A stretch of DNA of 64,000 nucleotides from positions 3,966 through 67,965 of the forward strand of contig PFLE01000011.1 in assembly GCA_002784465.1 (NCBI GenBank). The letters are read 5' to 3'. Position 1 is the stretch's first letter. Each line of letters opens with the position of its first letter. The DNA is from Candidatus Shapirobacteria bacterium CG_4_10_14_0_8_um_filter_39_15. Lineage in GTDB: Bacteria > Patescibacteriota > Microgenomatia > UM-FILTER-39-15. This document shows, one piece after another, positions 60,166 through 64,000 of this stretch. The notes beneath the pieces were generated by a model. It was not told the DNA's origin. It did no database searches and saw only the letters and a program-made list of their open reading frames with translations. The position numbers were made by a program, and so were the translations under genes.

Positions 60166-60483
60166 TCAAACAGAAGAAATCTTTTCTATCGTAACTTGGG
60201 TATAAGAATGCCTATAACCAACAACTTTATGGTATCTTGATTTTGCTTTAAATTTCGCGGTTCTGACTTTTTGACCCTTAACCGCTCCTTTAACTTTTGC
60301 CTTAACAACCGTTTTTTCGATTATTGGTTGACCAATTTTTATTTTGTCTTCATCAACCAATAGCAATACCTGATCAAAATCGACTTCCTTGCCTTCTTCT
60401 AAGGATAAATTGTCTACCAAAAGGTCTTCTCCTTCGAAAACTTTATATTGACGGCCGCCATTTTTAATCACCGCGTATTTCAT
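60166..60483 (-). CDS. rplU: 50S ribosomal protein L21
   Basis: YAVIK.GG.QYKV.EG, GYRH.YT. Confidence 0.95.
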   Translation of the reverse strand: MKYAVIKNGGRQYKVFEGEDLLVDNLSLEEGKEVDFDQVLLLVDEDKIKIGQPIIEKTVVKAKVKGAVKGQKVRTAKFKAKSRYHKVVGYRHSYTQVTIEKISSV

Positions 60484-60506
60484 TTTATGGATTATATCAA
60501 ATAATG

Positions 60507-61583
60507 TTACTTGATTTCAACCACCTCTTGATTTTTCTCAAATTTTCCGGCGGCTTCTACCAAACCGAAACAAATCATTGTTGCTAAAGCCGACGATCCG
60601 CCATAGGAAACGAACGGAAGCGGAATTCCGGTAATCGGCATTATTCCCATATTCATCCCGATATTGACGAAAATCTGGAAAAAAAGCATGGAAAAAACGC
60701 CTAAGCAAACAAGACTCGCAAATTTTGAATGACTATTTTGGGCATGTTTAAGAACGCGAAACAAAAGAATCAGATAACACATTATGACAATTGCTGCACC
60801 CACCAACCCAAATTCTTCGCTTAAAGACGCAAACATAAAATCCGTGTGCCTTTCCGGCAAAAAAGCCAAATGCGATTGGGTTCCCCTTCCCAGACCCCGG
60901 CCGAATAATTCACCGGAACCAACGGCAATAACCGCCTGAATCAAGTTATATCCCGAACCAAGAGGATCGTTATAAGGATTTAGAAAACTCAAAAAACGGC
61001 TTTTTTGGTAATCATGAAGAAAAAACCAAAAAGCAGGAATAATCATCAATATCAGAACAAAAAAACCGGCGATTGGTTTTTTCGTGATTCCTCCTCCAAG
61101 TAAAATGCCGGTCAAAACCGCCGCAATAATTAAACTGCTGCCTAAATCCGGCTGTTTAAAGATTAAAACAAGAGGGATGAGTGCCAATAAAAAAATCGCT
61201 GCTAAATGAGGAATTTTTAGCTTGTCCCATCCGGCGATTAACGAAGCAAAAAAAATAATCAGTAATGGTTTGACCATCTCCGACGGCTGAATCGAGTAAT
61301 TACCAATCGGTATCCAGCGAATCGAACCCCTCGTGACTTCACCTAAAATAAAAGTTAGAAAAAGGAAAAAAATGGAAAATAGATAGATAATTTTACTAAA
61401 ATTTTGAAAAATTCTAATATCAAATCCGGAAACAATGAAAAAAAGTAATAAGCCGACCAATAGAAAAACCAATTGCTGGTTAAAAAGCGAGGGAGTTAAA
61501 CTCCATACCATTACTAAACCAAAAGTGGAAACTATCAAAATCGAGAAGAGAATGACAAAATCAAAATTTTTGAAATATTTCAT
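60507..61583 (-). CDS. rodA: SEDS protein RodA
   Basis: RWI, QPSE..K, QPDLGS, LPERHTDF, P.TGIPLPFVSYGGS. Confidence 0.9.
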   Translation of the reverse strand: MKYFKNFDFVILFSILIVSTFGLVMVWSLTPSLFNQQLVFLLVGLLLFFIVSGFDIRIFQNFSKIIYLFSIFFLFLTFILGEVTRGSIRWIPIGNYSIQPSEMVKPLLIIFFASLIAGWDKLKIPHLAAIFLLALIPLVLIFKQPDLGSSLIIAAVLTGILLGGGITKKPIAGFFVLILMIIPAFWFFLHDYQKSRFLSFLNPYNDPLGSGYNLIQAVIAVGSGELFGRGLGRGTQSHLAFLPERHTDFMFASLSEEFGLVGAAIVIMCYLILLFRVLKHAQNSHSKFASLVCLGVFSMLFFQIFVNIGMNMGIMPITGIPLPFVSYGGSSALATMICFGLVEAAGKFEKNQEVVEIK

Positions 61584-64000
61584 TCGTTCAAACGTTTGAT
61601 CGAAAGAGTCTCGCCTTCATGAATCTCCGAAGCCAATGTTTGTTTCTTAATAAAATCTTCAAAAGCTTTTTGTACATTTGGAATATATACAATGACTTTT
61701 TCGTCTAGTAAACAGCCGGCAGTTTTCCTCAACTCTTGAATTTGCCGAATCAGATCTCTAACCTCGCCCTCAATCTTCAGTTCTTCGTTTATATTTGTGT
61801 CCAACTCAACTTTCAGCTCACCCTTTCCTTGTAAAACTTCTACCTTCTTTACGTTCAATTCATCTTCGATCAATTTCAATAATTCATTATCTAACTTCTC
61901 GTTTCCCTGCCTCGCCGCAAGGCGGGCCACTTCCAACTTCAATTTTTGTAAGGGTTGTCTCACCTTAATTCCTGCCTCTTTTCTTTTTGCGTGTCCCATC
62001 TCGCATATTTCCCTCACCATCCTCATCTCCCGCACCAACCCCATATCGATTTTCCCCACCGCAGGCCAATCAGACAGATGAACCGATTCCTCTTTCGTTA
62101 AATTTCGATAAATATCCTCCGCCAAGAAAGGTGTAAACGGCCCTAACAGCCGTGCCAGACTAACCAAGACTTCCCAAAGAGTTTCGTAGCATGAATCCTT
62201 GTCTTCCTGATTTGCTGTCGATGGACCGATCCGATCCCGTGATCTACGAATATACCAAGTTGACAAATCCGAGACGAAATCTTCAATCGCATGACTGGCG
62301 GTATAGGCGTCATATTTTTCTAACGATTCGGTCACAGTCTTTACCAGTTCATTCAATCTCGCCATTATCCATCTATCCAAAATGTTTCTCGCTTCCCGCT
62401 TCTCACCTCCCATTTCCCACTGGTCAATATTTGCATAGGTAACAAAGAAATTGTATATGTTCCAGAGAATCAAGTGAAATTTCCTTCTGGTTTCATCGGC
62501 CACATGATAACCAAAATTTAAATTGATTTCGGGATTTTGCGTCACGTACATCCACCGCATCACATCCACCCCGATTTTTTCGGCTGCCTCATCAAACCAG
62601 ATCGCGTTCCCCTTACTTTTGTGCATCTCTTCACCCTTTTCGTCCATCACGGTGGCATAGCCGAATAACGACTTAAAAGGATTGGTGTCTTCCATAACCG
62701 TTGACATCACTAATAATGAATAAAACCAGTTCTTAAACTGTCCCGGAAAGGATTCGGTCACAAAATCGGCCGGAAACCAATCTTTCGGCAAAGTTGAGAA
62801 AGGCACAATTCCGGCATCAAGCCAGGGATTTCCCACGTCTTTAATTCGGTTCATTAATTTTCCACACTTCGGACATTTTATTTTAACTTTATCGACCCAA
62901 GGACGATGTGGTGAATGATCCCAAAATCCTTTACCCTGAGCATCAGCGAAGGGCTCAACGGTCTTTTCTTTTAGCTCTTTCTTACTGCCGATTACCTCGA
63001 AATATCCGCATTCGCACTCCCAAATGGGTAAAGCCAGTCCCCAATATCTTTTTTTGGAAATTAACCAATCGTGCATATTTTTTATCCAATCAAGTTCCTG
63101 ATCCTTGCCCCAAGAAGGAATCCAGGTGATTTTTTCAACCACTTTTCGCATCGGATCACGCAGCGGATCCATTTTTATATACCATTCATCAACCACCCGC
63201 CAAACCAATTCGGTTTTACATCGCCAACACTGGGGATAACGATGAGTATATTTTTCAAGTTTAAATAAAAATTTCCCGTTATCTTTTTCTTTCAGAAAAC
63301 CAAATATCAATCCCGGGTCGTCTTTAGCATTTTTACCGGTTAAATCTCCATAACCATCAACATAGTTTGCGGCTTCATCTATTACCTCCACAATTGGTAG
63401 TTTCTCTCTTACGCCAAGTTGGAAATCCTCCGTACCGGCGCCGGGAACGATATGAACAATACCCGTACCTTCTTCGGCCGTCACTAAATCCTTTTCCAAA
63501 AAAACAAGATGATAAGTTTCCGGATAATCTTTTTTTGCCTGAATATTAATCGGTAGGTCGTCAAACGGCGCCGTATAATGTTCTCCTGCCAACTCAATTC
63601 CCCTGATTTCCCTGATTAACCTGATTTCCCTGATTCCAAACACTTTCGGTGCCAGATCTTTTGCCAAGATTAAAGTTTCTTTCTCTCCTTCTACTTCAAA
63701 TTCCCCATAGGTAAAGGTCGGGTTAACCGCTAAAGCAATATCGGCCGGAATTGTCCAGGGAGTGGTCGTCCAGACCAAAAATGCGGATGGATGATCAGAA
63801 TTTAAACGGTGACACTTAAAATAAACGGAAGTATGGGTTATTTCTTTATATTCTTCTGTTAAAATCTCGTGTTGAGAAATAGCCGTGCCGCAACGCGGAC
63901 ACCAGGGAACGCTGTCTCTACCTTTATACAACCAACCATTTTCGTGACACTGACGAAGGAAGTGCCAAATCATATAATTATTTTCATCAGACATTGTGTA
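61580..64000 (-). CDS. ileS: Isoleucine--tRNA ligase, 5' part outside window
   Basis: WTTTPWT, GTGIVH, DWLISKKRYWG, MHKSKGN (KMSKS variant), STWYIRRSR. Confidence 0.95.
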   Translation of the reverse strand, partial: YTMSDENNYMIWHFLRQCHENGWLYKGRDSVPWCPRCGTAISQHEILTEEYKEITHTSVYFKCHRLNSDHPSAFLVWTTTPWTIPADIALAVNPTFTYGEFEVEGEKETLILAKDLAPKVFGIREIRLIREIRGIELAGEHYTAPFDDLPINIQAKKDYPETYHLVFLEKDLVTAEEGTGIVHIVPGAGTEDFQLGVREKLPIVEVIDEAANYVDGYGDLTGKNAKDDPGLIFGFLKEKDNGKFLFKLEKYTHRYPQCWRCKTELVWRVVDEWYIKMDPLRDPMRKVVEKITWIPSWGKDQELDWIKNMHDWLISKKRYWGLALPIWECECGYFEVIGSKKELKEKTVEPFADAQGKGFWDHSPHRPWVDKVKIKCPKCGKLMNRIKDVGNPWLDAGIVPFSTLPKDWFPADFVTESFPGQFKNWFYSLLVMSTVMEDTNPFKSLFGYATVMDEKGEEMHKSKGNAIWFDEAAEKIGVDVMRWMYVTQNPEINLNFGYHVADETRRKFHLILWNIYNFFVTYANIDQWEMGGEKREARNILDRWIMARLNELVKTVTESLEKYDAYTASHAIEDFVSDLSTWYIRRSRDRIGPSTANQEDKDSCYETLWEVLVSLARLLGPFTPFLAEDIYRNLTKEESVHLSDWPAVGKIDMGLVREMRMVREICEMGHAKRKEAGIKVRQPLQKLKLEVARLAARQGNEKLDNELLKLIEDELNVKKVEVLQGKGELKVELDTNINEELKIEGEVRDLIRQIQELRKTAGCLLDEKVIVYIPNVQKAFEDFIKKQTLASEIHEGETLSIKRLNE

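Overview
AT-rich bacterial chromosome segment. Gene content and style (Microgenomates-type acsA-gpmI-eno-ppsA block, polX, many near-leaderless promoters, short repeat-derived in-frame insertions) suggest a Patescibacteria/CPR genome; this is inference. Housekeeping genes include lexA, rsmI, ruvC, xseAB, rplS, dnaE, gatCAB, htpX/lemA, lepB, parB, rplU/rpmA, rodA and partial ileS. There are six intact tRNAs plus one interrupted tRNA. Accessory content: two REP-associated HUH tyrosine transposases (RAYT) each inside its own inverted REP pair, a decayed IS1595, a GIY-YIG gene between tRNAs, a LexA-DNA methyltransferase fusion facing a frameshifted PD-(D/E)xK nuclease, a GC-richer ECF-like transporter/cyclo-ligase island next to purF/PRTase/pyrB, and many genes scarred by short internal deletions. 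The most unusual items are: (1) an ~860-nt promoter-to-terminator, helix-rich, largely non-coding unit at 56.6-57.5 kb carrying three AGGAGGT motifs; (2) a complete tRNA-Glu nested in the anticodon loop of another tRNA-Glu at 14.36-14.54 kb; (3) two REP families with different hairpins but a shared tail, one forming a 51-bp direct repeat that brackets pyrB and duplicates the dnaE 3' end. All calls are by eye; no searches were run.
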